From: Lama guanicoe
Taxonomy: Eukaryota
NCBI GenBank assembly: GCA_013239625.1
Contig: MU053431.1
Span: 1,886,485 to 1,950,484 of the forward strand
Direction of reading: 5' to 3'
DNA: 64,000 bases
In this document: positions 62,703 through 64,000 of the stretch, one piece after another
How positions within the stretch are numbered: position 1 is the stretch's first letter
Layout: each line of letters starts with the position of its first letter
Made by a program: the position numbers and the translations under genes
Notes under the pieces: model-generated
Database searches by the model: none
What the model was told of the DNA's origin: nothing
The model's input: only the letters and a program-made list of their open reading frames with translations

Positions 62703-63539
62703 ATGGCCGCGGCGGGCCCAGGCGGCCGGGCCGAGCGGCCCCGCGGGAGCGCGGCAGGCGGGGGCGGCGAGACGGAGGGCCCGCGGGGGGAGGGCTCGGG
62801 CAGGAGTCGGGACCGGGGAGGGGAGGAAGCGGGGAGGGGGTGGAGGCGAGCCAGAGACGGGGCCGGGCCGGGTCGCCGCGCCGCCGCCGGGTGCGCCGGG
62901 CCGGCCGGGCCCGCGCTGGGAGCCTTCCGGGGTCGAAGGTCCAAGTGGGTGTCAGAGTCGGGCCGCGTCCTCGGTGCAGGCGGCGCCCTCGAGTTTTGCA
63001 AGTCAAACTGCCCCCTTTCCTCCGGCAGGAGTAGACTCCTAACGTGGCGGTGCCCGGGCTGTGTAATTCGGTGTTTGCTCTTAACGGGAGCACGTTTCGA
63101 GTGAAGGCTGCAGTGTTCAGAGATGGTCGCCAGCTAGAACAGTGACAGTTACTGAAACACCGCACAGGTGTCTCTAGGAAGGGAGCTATTTTAATACAGA
63201 ACCGCTTCAGAGCAGACTGAGCTGGTGAGGACGTACTTGCTGCTTGGCAAGCAAGTGTTCCTCGGCTTCAGAATTGGGACATTTAATTGTGTCTGTTGAG
63301 TATTTAACTGCTGAATCCTTCTTGCGCAGAACAACGGGCCAGTTCTCCGAAGCTGTTACTTTCAAATATCGCCCTGTTGCCTCAGAATAAGAGCTTGATC
63401 TGAGCGAGTTTAGCAGTTGGTCGTAGCTCTGAGAGAGGGTGTTTGTATGAGCGACACCTCTCGATTTTGTCTTGCCGCCAGTTTTTTTCTGCTACACCTC
63501 CGGTCTGCTGATCTCGGAGTTTGGCATCCGCCAAGTACC

Positions 63540-64000
63540 CAGGACTTTGTCCTGCACCGCTTTGCTTCCCTGCCCACACTCTCTCCCTGTGCGATCTTTG
63601 GCAGACTCTTGGCTTTCAGTATCATTTTGTGGAGGATATTTCCCTAATTAATGTTTCCAGTGCTGATCTGGGGACCTATAATCCAGGTGCCTGCTTGACT
63701 TCTCTGGCTGCGTGTCTAATAGCCCAGACTTGCCCAGCTCCTCAAACCTGTTCCACTCCCAGCCCTTCCTCCTCACTTGTGGCTCCATCTTCCAAGGTCT
63801 CAAGCTTGAAACCTCCCATTGTCCTGGAGTCTTGTTCTTTTACCTTCCACACTGGGTCCAGCAGCAGGGCCCCTTGGCTCTCTGTCCACAGAACCTTGAG
63901 GGACTGTGCCTTCAGGCTCTTCTGCTGCTACTGCTCTCTGGACTGGGCAGCTCTTTGATGGTCTTCCTGCTCAGCTGTCACCAACCACCCCGTGGTCATC
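63540..64000 (+). mobile_element. L2 remnant
   Basis: ttggctttcagtatcatttt...tctctggctgcgtgtctaatag...cccagcccttcctcctcacttgtggctccatcttcc is L2-like. Confidence 0.5.

Larger units (their letters stand above)
61700..63100. promoter_or_regulatory. Bidirectional CpG-island promoter DIDO1(-)/GID8(+)
   Basis: YY1 motif at 62206-62217, CCAAT at 62252-62256, ATTGG at 62361-62365, ETS-like GGAAG cores, TCTCGCG motifs, GC boxes. Confidence 0.85.

Noticed and set aside
1-64000. CRISPR arrays, tRNA/rRNA genes, intact autonomous transposons or prokaryotic-type systems
   Set aside because: None seen. The only tRNA-like sequence is the SINE head, and all repeats are simple or decayed mammalian elements.

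Overview
Mammalian, GC-rich genomic DNA syntenic to human 20q13.33, most likely camelid (a camelid-type tRNA-derived SINE lies at ~8050-8158). It contains the first two coding exons and CpG-island promoter of TCFL5 (minus strand, running off the left edge) and the complete DIDO1 locus (minus strand). DIDO1 has two alternative non-coding first exons, a non-coding exon 2, coding exons 3-16, and alternative ends for the DIDO1, DIDO2 and DIDO3 isoforms. At the right edge is a bidirectional CpG-island promoter shared with a plus-strand gene (GID8 by synteny; none of its coding sequence is in the window). Four N-gaps fall in the most GC-rich spots. Old L1, L2, MIR, MLT1, hAT-Charlie and Tigger remnants and one ERV-like LTR are present; there are no prokaryotic-type systems. 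The best lead is a ~15-nt element in DIDO1 intron 6 (TAG|GCTCTG|GTAAGT, 35418-35432). It can act as the end of the short DIDO1 ORF, as an alternative terminal-exon acceptor, and as a frame-preserving 6-nt microexon. Other leads: a likely stop-loss extension of DIDO3, a 69-nt hairpin in the DIDO2-specific 3'UTR, and uORFs in all three 5' non-coding exons. All comparisons with human/mouse sequences and repeat consensuses are from memory and need alignment to confirm.
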